DNA of 64,000 bases from Salinivirgaceae bacterium (GTDB lineage Bacteria; Bacteroidota; Bacteroidia; Bacteroidales; SZUA-534): contig JAKSOL010000012.1 in assembly GCA_024405635.1 (NCBI GenBank), positions 1-64,000 of the forward strand, in the 5' to 3' direction. Below the pieces are notes generated by a model. That model saw only the letters and a list, made by a program, of their open reading frames with translations, had not been told where the DNA came from and searched no databases. A program made the translations under genes and the position numbers. Below, in pieces: positions 25,897 through 36,673 of this stretch (position 1 is the first letter of the stretch; every line of letters starts with the position of its first letter).

Positions 25897-27231
25897 ATGA
25901 AAACTTTAATTAAAAACGCCCTTATTGTAAACGAAGGAAAGCGTTTTAATGGTTGCATTGTTATCGATGGCGAAACCATTAGCCAAATAACCGAAACAAC
26001 CAACCAATTGCCACAAGCCGACCGCGTTATTGATGCCAAAGGCTGCCTTGTAATGCCTGGCGTGATTGACGAACATGTGCATTTTCGCGATCCAGGACTA
26101 ACTCACAAAGCCGATGTTTTTACCGAATCGGTTGCTGCTGTTGCTGGCGGAGTAACTTCGGTTATGGATATGCCAAATGTGGTGCCTCAAACCACTACCA
26201 TCGAATTGCTTGAACAACGTTTTGCTAATGCTGCTGAAAAATCGGTGGCAAACTATTCGTTTTACATAGGCGCCACTAACGATAATATAGACCAAATTCG
26301 AAATATCGATACTAAACGCGTTTGCGGAGTTAAGGTGTTTATGGGGTCATCAACAGGCAATATGCTTGTGAGCGACCAACAAATGCTTGAACGTGTGTTC
26401 AGTGAGTCGCCAAGGTTGGTGGCAACCCATTGCGAGGTTGAGCAAATTATAAAAGACAATTTGGCAAAATATTCAGCCCTTTATGGCGATAAATTAAACG
26501 CTACCCACCATTCGCTTATTCGTAGCGAGGAGGCTTGCGTACGTTCAACCGAAATGGCTATGCAGCTTGCGCAACGTTGCGGTACTCGCTTGCACGTAAT
26601 GCACATTTCAACAGCAAAAGAGGCTGAATTGTTCTCGTCAGCAAGTCGATTTGAGAAAAAAATAACTGGCGAAACTTGCATCAACTACCTATACTTTAAC
26701 GATGCCGATTATCAAACCTTAGAGTATCGCATTAAATGTAATCCTGCCATTAAAACCAAGCAAGACCAAATGGCGTTGATTAAAGCCGTTGCCGATGGAC
26801 GTCTTGATACTATTGCAACCGACCACGCACCGCATTTGCCTGCCGAAAAATTTGGCGATAGTTACAAAACAAGTGCATCGGGTGTGCCAATGGTTCAACA
26901 TTCGTTGGTGGCAATGATTGATTTGTGCAACCAAGGTTTGCTAACATTTGAGCAAGTGGTTGACCGCATGTGTCATGCTCCAGCTGATATTTATGGCATT
27001 GAAAAACGTGGATATTTGCGTCCAGATTACAAAGCCGATATTGTGATTGTCGATCCAAATAAAAATCAGGTTATTGACCAAAGTAACATTTTATACAAAT
27101 GTGGTTGGTCGCCATTGGAGGGGAAAACTATTTCGGCAACAGTAACACACACTTTTGTAAACGGAAATTTGGTTTACTCAAATGGCGAAGTAAACGCCGC
27201 AATAAAAGGTCAGGAGTTGAGGTTTGCTTAG
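25897..27231 (+). CDS. pyrC: Dihydroorotase
   Basis: PGVIDEHVHFRDPG, GVKVFMGSSTG, KCNPAIK, ATDHAPH, KCGWSPLEG. Confidence 0.9.
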   Translation: MKTLIKNALIVNEGKRFNGCIVIDGETISQITETTNQLPQADRVIDAKGCLVMPGVIDEHVHFRDPGLTHKADVFTESVAAVAGGVTSVMDMPNVVPQTTTIELLEQRFANAAEKSVANYSFYIGATNDNIDQIRNIDTKRVCGVKVFMGSSTGNMLVSDQQMLERVFSESPRLVATHCEVEQIIKDNLAKYSALYGDKLNATHHSLIRSEEACVRSTEMAMQLAQRCGTRLHVMHISTAKEAELFSSASRFEKKITGETCINYLYFNDADYQTLEYRIKCNPAIKTKQDQMALIKAVADGRLDTIATDHAPHLPAEKFGDSYKTSASGVPMVQHSLVAMIDLCNQGLLTFEQVVDRMCHAPADIYGIEKRGYLRPDYKADIVIVDPNKNQVIDQSNILYKCGWSPLEGKTISATVTHTFVNGNLVYSNGEVNAAIKGQELRFA

Positions 27232-27251
27232 CAAACGTTGGTTTTTGATAT

Positions 27252-27289
27252 AAAAAGCGCGAGATTGGATTTCAACCTCGCGCTTTTTT
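27252..27289. terminator. Bidirectional intrinsic terminator
   Basis: aaaaagcgcgag...ctcgcgctttttt between convergent genes. Confidence 0.8.
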
Positions 27290-27290
27290 G

Positions 27291-28454
27291 TTATTTCCCA
27301 AGCACATTTGCTATTCTATTTAATCCGTCAATCAAACGGGAGCGTGGGCATGCAATGTTGATGCGAATGAAACCTTCGCCATCGGTTTTACCAAAAATGG
27401 TTCCACTGCTTACCATTACGTGACCTTTGTCTATCAATAGTTGGGTTATTTGGTCCGAAGTTTTGCCTGTAGCACTAATGTCGGCCCAAACAAGATATGT
27501 TCCTTCAAGTTTGGTGATGCGGATTTGTGGTAGCTTGTTTTTGCAAAAATCAACTAATGTTAAATAGTTGTTCCATACGTAGTTGCACATTTCGTCGAGC
27601 CATTGTTCGCCTTCGTTGTAAGCGGCTTGCAAGGCTATTACGCCAAACGGATTAACGTCGCAAACTTCGTTTATGTTTATTGTGCGATTGATGTTTGCGC
27701 GCATTTTTGCGTCTTTGCAAATAATGTTGGCTATTTGCAGTCCAGCGGTGTTAAACGATTTTGATGGTGAATTAAGCACTACTGCGTTATCAAGACAATT
27801 GTTTGAAATTGTGCCAAATGGTGTAAAATGTTGGTCTGGCATCACAATCTCGCAGTGAATTTCGTCGCTAATAATGGTGGTGTTGTTTTTGCGGCATATT
27901 TGTTCCATTTGCAGCAACTCGTTGGCTGTCCATAGACGGCTTGCTGGATTGTGAGGATTGCAAAGCAAAAAAACTTTCACTTTTGGGTCGGTAGTTTTTT
28001 TGTCAAAGTCTTCAAAATCGATGCAATAAGTGTTGTCTTTGCGAACAAGAGCGCTCTCAACCACTTGGCATCCGTTGTTTATTATTGAAGAAAAAAAGTG
28101 ATTGTAAACAGGTGTTTGTACCAACACTTTGTCGCCAGGTTGACATAATGCTTTTATTGTTACCGACATTGCTGGAATAACACCAGTTGTGTACAGAATC
28201 CATTCGGAATTTATTGCCCAATTGTGGCGACGTTTAAACCAATTTATAATGCTTTGGTAGTAACTATCAGGAATGTATGTGTAACCAAATATTGCATGGT
28301 CAACACGTTGGTGTAGCGCTTTTGTGATGCAGGGTGCAACTTCAAAATCCATGTCGGCTACCCACATAGGCAGAATGTCGTCGTTGGCATACATATCCCA
28401 TTTGTAGCAGTTGGAGTTGCGGCGCTTGGTTAGTTTGTCAAAGTTGTAATTCAT
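27291..28454 (-). CDS. malY: MalY/PatB-family PLP-dependent cystathionine beta-lyase
   Basis: LPMWVADMDF, LCNPHNP, SDEIHCE, SPSKSFN, EGTYLVW. Confidence 0.9.
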   Translation of the reverse strand: MNYNFDKLTKRRNSNCYKWDMYANDDILPMWVADMDFEVAPCITKALHQRVDHAIFGYTYIPDSYYQSIINWFKRRHNWAINSEWILYTTGVIPAMSVTIKALCQPGDKVLVQTPVYNHFFSSIINNGCQVVESALVRKDNTYCIDFEDFDKKTTDPKVKVFLLCNPHNPASRLWTANELLQMEQICRKNNTTIISDEIHCEIVMPDQHFTPFGTISNNCLDNAVVLNSPSKSFNTAGLQIANIICKDAKMRANINRTININEVCDVNPFGVIALQAAYNEGEQWLDEMCNYVWNNYLTLVDFCKNKLPQIRITKLEGTYLVWADISATGKTSDQITQLLIDKGHVMVSSGTIFGKTDGEGFIRINIACPRSRLIDGLNRIANVLGK

Positions 28455-28457
28455 TTG

Positions 28458-29312
28458 CTATTTATTGTTAACTACAATGGTGCAGTTGTTTGGTTGTTCA
28501 ACAAATTGGTCAATAATAACTTCGCCAACCGAATCGACTACAATTTTGCCCGATGTTGGATTTTTAATGCTGGCAATGTGTCCATCAATCACGGCATCGA
28601 CAGTTGAGTATTCAAAAGCGCGGTCGCAGGCTGAGTCAAAAGTACAGTGGTCAAGCACAAGGTTTTGCGCGTGGCACAAAGGTTGTTCGCCGCTAATGTG
28701 GCAACGTACTAGTTTTAGGTTTTTTGAGTGCCAACCAAGATATTCGCCATTCAATTCCGAGTCGTAAACCGTAACATTTTCAACTTCCCAAAAGGCATCT
28801 TTGGTGGTTATTTGTGCGTTGTGTATTTCAACATTCTTCACATACTGAAAAACGTATAACGAGTTTGAAATCAGGTTGTTTATTAAAATGTTTTTGCAGC
28901 CCATAAACGGATATGTTCCGCCGTTTAGTTCAACGTTTGATAGTTTTAGGTTGTCAACATTCCAAAAAGTTTCGTCGGCATCGGTAATGCGCACATTGTT
29001 AAGCTCAAGGTGTTTCATCTCGCGGAAAAATTTTGGCCCGTCAATCACGCAGTTTTCCATTAGCATATTGTTGCTGTACCAAATTGCCGATCTCGATTTT
29101 GCATCGAAATAGCAGTTTGTAATGTGGCTGTTGTTTACGTGCCACCATGGATATTTACCATAAAAACAGCAATTGTTGGCTTCAAGGTCATGGCACATTT
29201 TTATTCCACTCTCGCCATCGGTAATTTCTACGTTTTCAAGTCGAGTGTGATGTATGCCAAACAGAGGTCGTTCGCCTCCAAATTTTTCGTCGTTTATTAA
29301 GGTAAATGCCAT
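28458..29312 (-). CDS. DUF3737 family (beta-helix) protein
   Basis: FGGERPLF, GKYPWWH, TKDAFW, GEYLGWHS, GEQPLC; typical neighbour of MalY/PatB. Confidence 0.9.
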   Translation of the reverse strand: MAFTLINDEKFGGERPLFGIHHTRLENVEITDGESGIKMCHDLEANNCCFYGKYPWWHVNNSHITNCYFDAKSRSAIWYSNNMLMENCVIDGPKFFREMKHLELNNVRITDADETFWNVDNLKLSNVELNGGTYPFMGCKNILINNLISNSLYVFQYVKNVEIHNAQITTKDAFWEVENVTVYDSELNGEYLGWHSKNLKLVRCHISGEQPLCHAQNLVLDHCTFDSACDRAFEYSTVDAVIDGHIASIKNPTSGKIVVDSVGEVIIDQFVEQPNNCTIVVNNK

Positions 29313-29473
29313 GGTGATAGTTTGTTAAATGTGTTTTGTTTCAATTTGGTTGTTTATGCGTCTTTTTATTTTTCAAATAAAAAAAGTGCCGCAAGTTATA
29401 CACAAGCGGCACAAGTAGCAAGTAGTTGATTTTTAGGACTAAAATTTCAGCCTTTTTTTATGATGTTTGGTTT

Positions 29474-31789
29474 TTATTCTTCGCTACTACCTCCAGCGCT
29501 TGAACCGCCTGAGTGGCCTTCAACGCGTTTGTAGTCTTGATATTTATTGGTTCCACCCCAGTTAATGTTCCAACGTATATTAACATTGTATTGGTTTGAA
29601 CTCTTTGTGTATGACGTGGTTGAACCGCCTGCCCATTGGTTCAAATCTTTGCTTGATGATTTTGCTTCTTTTTTGAATGGATTGTTTGCACTAACCGACA
29701 CAAACAAACCGTCGGTTATTTTATAGCTTAACGATGCTCTATATAGTAAGCTACCTTCGCTAATCGATTCGTTGTAAAGCCATTTTGATGGTGTGTTGAT
29801 GCTTGCTTGTAGTGTAAAATTGTAGTGGCTTAATTCTGCTGTTAAGTACGACGACAAACTGCTGAGTGAGTGCGAGTAGCTATTGCTTTCAATTTTTGTG
29901 TTTCGAAAACGAAGGTAAGCGCTTGCCGATAGCCAATCGCGTATAATTTCAACGCGAGCACTTGTTGATAATGATATGCTGTTGTTGTATTTGCCGTTTG
30001 CAAAACTTGAAATAATCATACTCTCGTTATCGTTCCAGTATTTTTCGCTCAAAATTGGTTTGCTGCTGTGGCTTATGTATGCCGTTCCTTTAATGAAGAA
30101 GCGGCTTATGGTGTAACTCTGTTCAATTGAAGCGCTAAAAGTATTGTAGTTTTTCAATTCGCCATTACCTTGTGTAGTTTGAAATCCGTCAACCATTTGG
30201 CTCACACTGGTAAGTTGGCTCACACTAGGTGTGTTGGTGTATGAACTAAGCGAGAAGTTGAAATTTGCTTTTTGCGATTGGCGCCAATGCAAACGCAATC
30301 TTGGTTGTACCGACCATGAACTAATTTTGTCGCGGCCCTCCATTTTGGTAAATTCACGGTTAAGGGCAGAACCCACAGTTAAATCAACATTGCTCGAAAA
30401 GTTGGTCATCAACTCGGCAAATGCGTATGTTGTTCCAGTTTTTGTTGCAAGCGATGTGTTTTGGCTTTCGTAGTCGGTTCCACCTTTGCTGAGACTTTGG
30501 TTCGCTCCAATACTGAATCTGCCCTTTTCAAACGACTTTTCGTAATTCAACTTTACGTCTAGCCATTTTGATTTTGATTTTACATCGTTAACGGTGTTGA
30601 AAAAGTATATACTGCTATCGCTTCCTTTTTCAAGGTAACTACTGCTGTTATTGCTATTTTCAAAATAGCTACTAATGTCGAAAATCAACATTTGGTCGTT
30701 TTTAAATTTGCGGTGGTAGTATAATTCGGCCCAAAGTTCTGTCTGTCTGTCTGAACTGGTATCCATGTGAACCGTGTATTCTTGGGTTTTGCTATTGAAA
30801 ATAGAACCTTGGTTGGCCGACTCTTTAATACGATACCACCAAAGACCTGTGTTAATCGAAAATAGCTGCAATGTATCGGTATAGCTATAACTTAATCCTG
30901 GATATGCATATTGGGTTGGTGAGGCTGCTTTTTTATTTTCCGAAGTGCGCGAATAGGAGGTGCCGTTGCTTGCCGATACGTAGTTGGTTACACTTGTGCT
31001 ATGCGACTCGAATCCGCGTTGGTTAAATCCAAATAATTCAATCGACAATTCTGACTTTCCACTATATAAACTTGCGCTTCCAAATAAATTTTGCGCTGCA
31101 TGGTTTAATCCGCTACCTGCACTAACATTAGCATTACCACCACTATTAGGATTCTCAACTATAAAATCAATTACAGCTTTGGCATCTCCCCAACGCAACG
31201 ATGGTTTGTCGTGATACTCAACACGTTTTATGTTTTTGGGGTCAAGAGCTCGCACTTGTTCTTTCTTTGCAGGGCGGCCGTTTATGCAAAGAGTAACACT
31301 GCCTTCGTCAACCAACGATACGCTTCCGTCGGTTTTGTCAACTATCACTTCGGGAATTTTTAATTTTTCCAAAAATTCAGAACCGTCGCTGCATTGGGCA
31401 ATCATTGCTTCTTTGGGTATGTATAGTTGACGGTCGCTCTTGTTAATTATGCTTGCGGCTTCAATTTTAACTTCGGCAAGTTGCTTGGCATCGGTTGGCA
31501 TAACAATGTCGCCAATGTCAGTTTTGCTAACCTCAATGGTTGTTGTTTGGTAACCAACAGAACTAAAACGTAACACTTTGCCTCCTTTGCTATCAATGCT
31601 AAAGTTTCCAACCTCGTCGGTTATTACACCTCTCACAACCATCGAGTCGGGCATGTTCAGCAATGTTACTGTTACAAATTCAAGTGGAGTATTGTCTTGG
31701 TCAACTACTCGGCCCGAAACGTTTTGTGCCATTAATTTTGGCGCAAGGCCCATTAAGAGTATTGAAGCAATCAAGAATTTTGATTTCAT
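29474..31789 (-). CDS. Outer-membrane beta-barrel / TonB-dependent-receptor-like protein with N-terminal carboxypeptidase-regulatory-like domain
   Basis: 771 aa with signal peptide; VSGRVVD...ITDEVGNF...FSSVGY; plug-like IKRVEY; GNGELK. Confidence 0.8.
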   Translation of the reverse strand: MKSKFLIASILLMGLAPKLMAQNVSGRVVDQDNTPLEFVTVTLLNMPDSMVVRGVITDEVGNFSIDSKGGKVLRFSSVGYQTTTIEVSKTDIGDIVMPTDAKQLAEVKIEAASIINKSDRQLYIPKEAMIAQCSDGSEFLEKLKIPEVIVDKTDGSVSLVDEGSVTLCINGRPAKKEQVRALDPKNIKRVEYHDKPSLRWGDAKAVIDFIVENPNSGGNANVSAGSGLNHAAQNLFGSASLYSGKSELSIELFGFNQRGFESHSTSVTNYVSASNGTSYSRTSENKKAASPTQYAYPGLSYSYTDTLQLFSINTGLWWYRIKESANQGSIFNSKTQEYTVHMDTSSDRQTELWAELYYHRKFKNDQMLIFDISSYFENSNNSSSYLEKGSDSSIYFFNTVNDVKSKSKWLDVKLNYEKSFEKGRFSIGANQSLSKGGTDYESQNTSLATKTGTTYAFAELMTNFSSNVDLTVGSALNREFTKMEGRDKISSWSVQPRLRLHWRQSQKANFNFSLSSYTNTPSVSQLTSVSQMVDGFQTTQGNGELKNYNTFSASIEQSYTISRFFIKGTAYISHSSKPILSEKYWNDNESMIISSFANGKYNNSISLSTSARVEIIRDWLSASAYLRFRNTKIESNSYSHSLSSLSSYLTAELSHYNFTLQASINTPSKWLYNESISEGSLLYRASLSYKITDGLFVSVSANNPFKKEAKSSSKDLNQWAGGSTTSYTKSSNQYNVNIRWNINWGGTNKYQDYKRVEGHSGGSSAGGSSEE

Positions 31790-32132
31790 AATATTTGATT
31801 TTCTGTTGTTAAATAATAATCAGACAAAAGACGAATATTGAATCAAAAGTGTTACACTATTTTTTCTTTCAACTGGACAAAAGAATGTAAAAAGTTTAAT
31901 CAAAAAAACTCTTATAGATAAATCGGGCTTTTTGTACTACCAATTGTTCGAATGTCTATTGCTCTTCAAAGTTTGAGAATCGTAAAAAAGCAAAACGTTC
32001 ATTTCCTTTCAAAAGCAGAACAAAACACACTTTTAGTAGGTGTTTTAAATCTTCAACGTTGCATTATGGTCTTTTTTTGTTAGTATCCGAAAAGATTTAG
32101 AATTTTGTGCACCAATTTAATACTATTGTAGT

Positions 32133-32717
32133 ATGCAAAAACTAGTATCCATATTATTCGTCCTTGCAGCATTCACGTGCTCGGCGCAGACTTATGAAAA
32201 CTTACCACAAAATGTGGTTCAGTACGAAGTGATTGATGGTGATACAATATTTAATGTAAAACTATCGACCGTTACGGTGCGCGCATTTAAAAACAAAAAG
32301 CAAGAGATTCAATATACTAGGCTTGTGCGCAATGTGAAAAAAGCCTATCCATATTCAATAATAGCTCGCAACGAGATTGATACACTTAATCGTCATCTTG
32401 AAAGCATAAGTGGCGACCATGAGCGAAAAAAATATATGAAAGAATATGAAAAGGAGATGTTTCGTCGCTATGAAGATGAACTTAGAAACCTTACAATTTC
32501 TCAAGGTAAAATCATTATTAAACTCGTTTATCGCGAGTTTGATAACACTGCTTTTCAAATGGTGAAGGATTATCGAGGCTCGTTTTCTGCTGTTTTTTGG
32601 CAAGGCGTTGCAAAACTTTTCCGCTCCGATTTGAAGAAAATGTACGATCCCGAAACAGTTGAAGAAGACAAAATGATTGAAGAAATCATTGAGTTGATTG
32701 AACTGGGAATGATTTAG
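32133..32717 (+). CDS. DUF4294 family protein
   Basis: RLVRNVKKAYPY, LTISQGKIIIKL, FWQGVAKLF. Confidence 0.85.
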   Translation: MQKLVSILFVLAAFTCSAQTYENLPQNVVQYEVIDGDTIFNVKLSTVTVRAFKNKKQEIQYTRLVRNVKKAYPYSIIARNEIDTLNRHLESISGDHERKKYMKEYEKEMFRRYEDELRNLTISQGKIIIKLVYREFDNTAFQMVKDYRGSFSAVFWQGVAKLFRSDLKKMYDPETVEEDKMIEEIIELIELGMI

Positions 32718-32848
32718 TAAATAGAAATTATTTAAGTGATTTTGATAAAGCTGTAGCCATAATGACTATGGCTTTTTTTTGTTGTGCAGCCACTCAAATA
32801 ACAACATACTAAAACAAAAAAGCCTCAAGTATTTCTACTCAAGGCTTT

Positions 32849-32926
32849 TGGGGTGGGAGGTGGGGCTCGAACCCACGACATTCAGAACCACAATCTGACG
32901 CTCTAACCAACTGAACTACGCCCACC
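32849..32926 (-). tRNA. tRNA-His (GTG)
   Basis: Minus strand GGTGGGCGTAGTTCAGTTGGTTAGAGCGTCAGATTGTGGTTCTGAATGTCGTGGGTTCGAGCCCCACCTCCCACCCCA. Anticodon GTG, G-1/C73, encoded CCA. Confidence 0.97.
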
Positions 32927-33116
32927 ATGTGTATCGGGTGGCAAAAGTAGAATAATTTATTTAAACACCACCAAAAAAATGAAAATATTTGTGCTTTCGT
33001 GTTGTTTCTTGTTTAAATAATTGTCAATCAATAAAATAAACCTTGCTGTCGAAAGCCGATAAAGGTTGCATTTGTGGCTATTTTTGGCGAATATTGCACC
33101 AAAAAAGTAAATAGAA

Positions 33117-34805
33117 ATGCGAAAATTTGTCAGTCAAGACTTAAAAATTGAATCGTTTGCCGATATTGAACCATATTATAGCACTTTGTTAACTACACCG
33201 CTTACATCAAAAACACAAGTTGATGAGTGGCTACGCAATTGGAGCGAGTTGGATGCTGTTGTTAGCGAAGATTGTGCTTGGCGCTACATTAAAATGAGCC
33301 AAAATACAGCCGACGAAAATGCTGCTCGGTCGTTTGAGAAATTTGTAACCGAAATTGAGCCGCATATTGCACCAAAAGAAAACGAACTTAACAAGCGCTT
33401 TATGCTACCTGAAGTTCAGGTACATATCAACAAGTCGGAGTTGTTTACAATGATTCGGTCTGTTAAAACCAACTTGGAGATTTTTCGAGAGGAGAACATT
33501 CCGTTGCAATCGCAACTTGAGCAACTTGAGCAAGAATATGGCAAAATTTGTTCGCAAATGTCGGTTGAGGTCAATGGTAAGACACTCACACTTCAGCAAG
33601 CTGCAAATTTTCTAAAAGACAAAAACCGAGATGTTCGCAAATCGGTTTACGAAAAAATAAACCAACGCCGAATGTCCGACAAAAAAGCAATTGACGAATT
33701 GCTTGATAAGCAAATTGCTTTGCGACAGCAAATTGCTCAAAACGCAGGTTTTGATAATTATATCGATTATCGATTTAAAGCATTAGGAAGATTTGATTAT
33801 ACCGTTGATGATTGTTGCCATTTTCACGACGCAATAGCAAAAGTGGTAGTTCCTATCGTTGAGCGCATTCATGCCGAACGTAAGGCCAAAATGGGAGTTG
33901 ATAAACTTCGTCCTTACGACCTTGATGTTGATCTTTATGCCGATAAACCTTTGCGTCCATTTGATACAATCGACGAGTTGGTTAAAAAAAGCATGTATTG
34001 CTTTCGCGATGTTGCTCCAGAGTTCGGTATAATGATAAACAATATGAACATTGCTGGAAGGTTGGATTTGGAATCGCGAATGGGGAAAGCTCCTGGAGGA
34101 TTTAATTATCCTTTGCACGAAACCACAATACCATTCATTTTTATGAATGCTACCAACAACTTGCGCGACATGGTTACTCTAATGCACGAAGGTGGGCATG
34201 CTGTTCATGCTTTCTTGTGCGACAATCTTCCGTTGGTGTCGCTTAAGGAAACTCCAGCCGAAATCGCCGAGTTGGCAAGTATGAGCATGGAGCTAATTAC
34301 AATGGCAAATTGGCACCATTTTTTTGCAAATGACGATGAATTGACACGAGCCAAACGTATTCAACTTGAAGATGTTATTGACGCGCTACCATGGATTGCT
34401 GCTATCGATAAATTCCAACTTTATTTATACACACATCCAAATCATACACACGCCGAGCGCTCCGAAGCTTGGGCTGCAATAAAAAAAGAGTTTGGTAGTA
34501 GTTTGGTAGATTATTCCGGCTACGAAGACTATTATAACAATCAGTGGCAAAAGCAATTACATATATTTGAAGTGCCGCTTTATTATATTGAGTATGGATT
34601 TGCACAACTTGGAGCCATTAGCATTTGGAAACTATTCTGCGAGAATAAAAACGAGGCGCTCGATAAATTCAAATTGGCTTTATCAAAAGGTTACAGCCTA
34701 TCTATCCCTGAAATATACCAATGCGCAGGTATTCAATTTAATGCTGATGAAAGTTATATCAAATCATTGATGGATTTTGTTACCGCAGAACTGGCAAAAT
34801 TGTAG
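33117..34805 (+). CDS. pepF: M3B oligoendopeptidase (PepF-like)
   Basis: GKAPGGFNYPL, LMHEGGHAVH, EIAELASMSME, YYIEYG. Confidence 0.85.
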   Translation: MRKFVSQDLKIESFADIEPYYSTLLTTPLTSKTQVDEWLRNWSELDAVVSEDCAWRYIKMSQNTADENAARSFEKFVTEIEPHIAPKENELNKRFMLPEVQVHINKSELFTMIRSVKTNLEIFREENIPLQSQLEQLEQEYGKICSQMSVEVNGKTLTLQQAANFLKDKNRDVRKSVYEKINQRRMSDKKAIDELLDKQIALRQQIAQNAGFDNYIDYRFKALGRFDYTVDDCCHFHDAIAKVVVPIVERIHAERKAKMGVDKLRPYDLDVDLYADKPLRPFDTIDELVKKSMYCFRDVAPEFGIMINNMNIAGRLDLESRMGKAPGGFNYPLHETTIPFIFMNATNNLRDMVTLMHEGGHAVHAFLCDNLPLVSLKETPAEIAELASMSMELITMANWHHFFANDDELTRAKRIQLEDVIDALPWIAAIDKFQLYLYTHPNHTHAERSEAWAAIKKEFGSSLVDYSGYEDYYNNQWQKQLHIFEVPLYYIEYGFAQLGAISIWKLFCENKNEALDKFKLALSKGYSLSIPEIYQCAGIQFNADESYIKSLMDFVTAELAKL

Positions 34806-34924
34806 CCACAATGTCACAAAAAACAATAAACTATGCGCCAACTTGTCGCACATATTAGTAATGGCAAAATAGTTGATAATCAAATTCAGATTGTATAACA
34901 GAAATTCAAATAAATATTATCGAT

Positions 34925-35506
34925 ATGAGTACTGAAAACGAAGAACTAAAAAACGAGAACGAAGTTACTGACAATGCTGCAGAAACTTCAGAAACTCCCG
35001 AGCCAAAAGCTGAGAAAAAAGACAAAAAGGGACATAAAGCCGATGATAAACTGAAGAAAGAGTTGGAAGAGGCAAACGAAAAAATAGCTGAATTAAACGA
35101 CAAATATCTTCGTCTTTCGGCCGAGTTCGACAACTACAAAAAACGCACTTTGAAAGAGCGCAGCGATATGCTTAAAACCATTAGCGGCGACACTTTGTCG
35201 GGTATGTTACCAGTTATTGACGACCTTGAACGTGCACTAGCAAGCATTGAAAAGGCAGTTGAGATTGAACCTGTAAAAGAAGGAGTGTCGTTGATTTATA
35301 GCAAACTACGAGAGTATATGAAAAATAAAGGCTTGGTTGAAATCGAAGCATTGAACCAAGATTTTGATACCGATTTGCATGAGGCTGTTGCTCAATTTCC
35401 AGCCCAATCCGACGACATGAAAGGTAAAGTGGTTGACGTTATTCAAAAGGGCTACAAAATCGACACCAAAGTGGTGCGTTTTGCTAAAGTTGTAGTTGGT
35501 ATCTAA
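34925..35506 (+). CDS. grpE: Nucleotide exchange factor GrpE
   Basis: YLRLSAEFDNYKKR, FDTDLHEA, KGYK...VRFAKVVV. Confidence 0.97.
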   Translation: MSTENEELKNENEVTDNAAETSETPEPKAEKKDKKGHKADDKLKKELEEANEKIAELNDKYLRLSAEFDNYKKRTLKERSDMLKTISGDTLSGMLPVIDDLERALASIEKAVEIEPVKEGVSLIYSKLREYMKNKGLVEIEALNQDFDTDLHEAVAQFPAQSDDMKGKVVDVIQKGYKIDTKVVRFAKVVVGI

Positions 35507-35521
35507 AAAAACATTGTCAGT

Positions 35522-36673
35522 ATGAGCAAACGCGATTATTACGAAGTGCTGGAGGTTCCTAAAACAGCCACAGCCGATGAAATAAAAAAGGCCTATCGTA
35601 AAATGGCTATAAAATATCACCCCGATAAAAATCCAGGTGATAAAGAAGCTGAAGAAAAATTTAAAGAAGCAGCTGAAGCATACGATGTTTTGAGCGATCC
35701 TAACAAGCGCCAACGATACGACCAATTTGGCCACGCAGGAATGGGTGGCAACGGTGGTTTTAGTGGAGGAGGAATGTCAATGGACGATATCTTCTCTCAC
35801 TTTGGCGACATTTTCGGAGGAGGAGGATTTGGCGGATTCGGTTCGTTTTTTGGAGGCGGTGGCGGAGGCCAACGTCGTCGTCAAAACCGAGGTTCAGATT
35901 TGCGGGTAACCGTTAAATTGTCGTTGAGCGATGTGGTTAACGGTGTTCAGAAAAAAATTAAAGTACGCCGCGATGTGGCATGCTCGTGCTGTAACGGAAC
36001 AGGTGCAAAAGATTCTAACTCCTACAATACTTGTAGCAACTGTCGCGGAACAGGCTATGTTACTCGCATTACAAACACAATGCTTGGCCAAATGCAAAGT
36101 TCAGCACCTTGTCCAAACTGTCAAGGCGAAGGCCGTACAATAGTAAATAAATGTACTGAATGCGGTGGCGAGGGTGTGATTCAAAAAGAAGAAGTTGTAA
36201 CCATTGACATTCCTGCAGGAGTTGCCGATGGTATGGAACTCTCGATGCGTGGCGCAGGAAATGCAGCTCGTCGTGGTGGCATTGCTGGCGATTTGCGAAT
36301 ACTTGTTCGCGAAGAGGAGCATCCAGACCTTACTCGCGATGGTAATGACCTTATATATGACTTGTTCCTTTCAATGCCCGATGCTATACTTGGTACCACT
36401 GCTGAAATACCAACAGTTGATGGTAAGGTTAAAATAAAGATTGACAAAGGCACGCAATCTGGTAAAATGTTGCGTTTGCGAGGAAAAGGTATTCCAGATG
36501 TAAATGGTTACGGACGCGGCGATTTGTTAGTCAATATTCAAATTTGGACTCCGCAAGACATTAGTTCTGATGAGGCTAAATTGGTTGAAAAACTTAAAGC
36601 TTCGCCAAATTTCGATCCTATGGGAAGTAAAAACCAATCGTTTTTTGAAAAAATTAAGAATCATTTTTCGTAA
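35522..36673 (+). CDS. dnaJ: Molecular chaperone DnaJ
   Basis: J-domain HPD, G/F-rich linker, four CxxCxGxG repeats. Confidence 0.98.
   Translation: MSKRDYYEVLEVPKTATADEIKKAYRKMAIKYHPDKNPGDKEAEEKFKEAAEAYDVLSDPNKRQRYDQFGHAGMGGNGGFSGGGMSMDDIFSHFGDIFGGGGFGGFGSFFGGGGGGQRRRQNRGSDLRVTVKLSLSDVVNGVQKKIKVRRDVACSCCNGTGAKDSNSYNTCSNCRGTGYVTRITNTMLGQMQSSAPCPNCQGEGRTIVNKCTECGGEGVIQKEEVVTIDIPAGVADGMELSMRGAGNAARRGGIAGDLRILVREEEHPDLTRDGNDLIYDLFLSMPDAILGTTAEIPTVDGKVKIKIDKGTQSGKMLRLRGKGIPDVNGYGRGDLLVNIQIWTPQDISSDEAKLVEKLKASPNFDPMGSKNQSFFEKIKNHFS

Noticed and set aside
34925-36673. grpE-dnaJ without dnaK
   Set aside because: This is the normal arrangement in Bacteroidetes.
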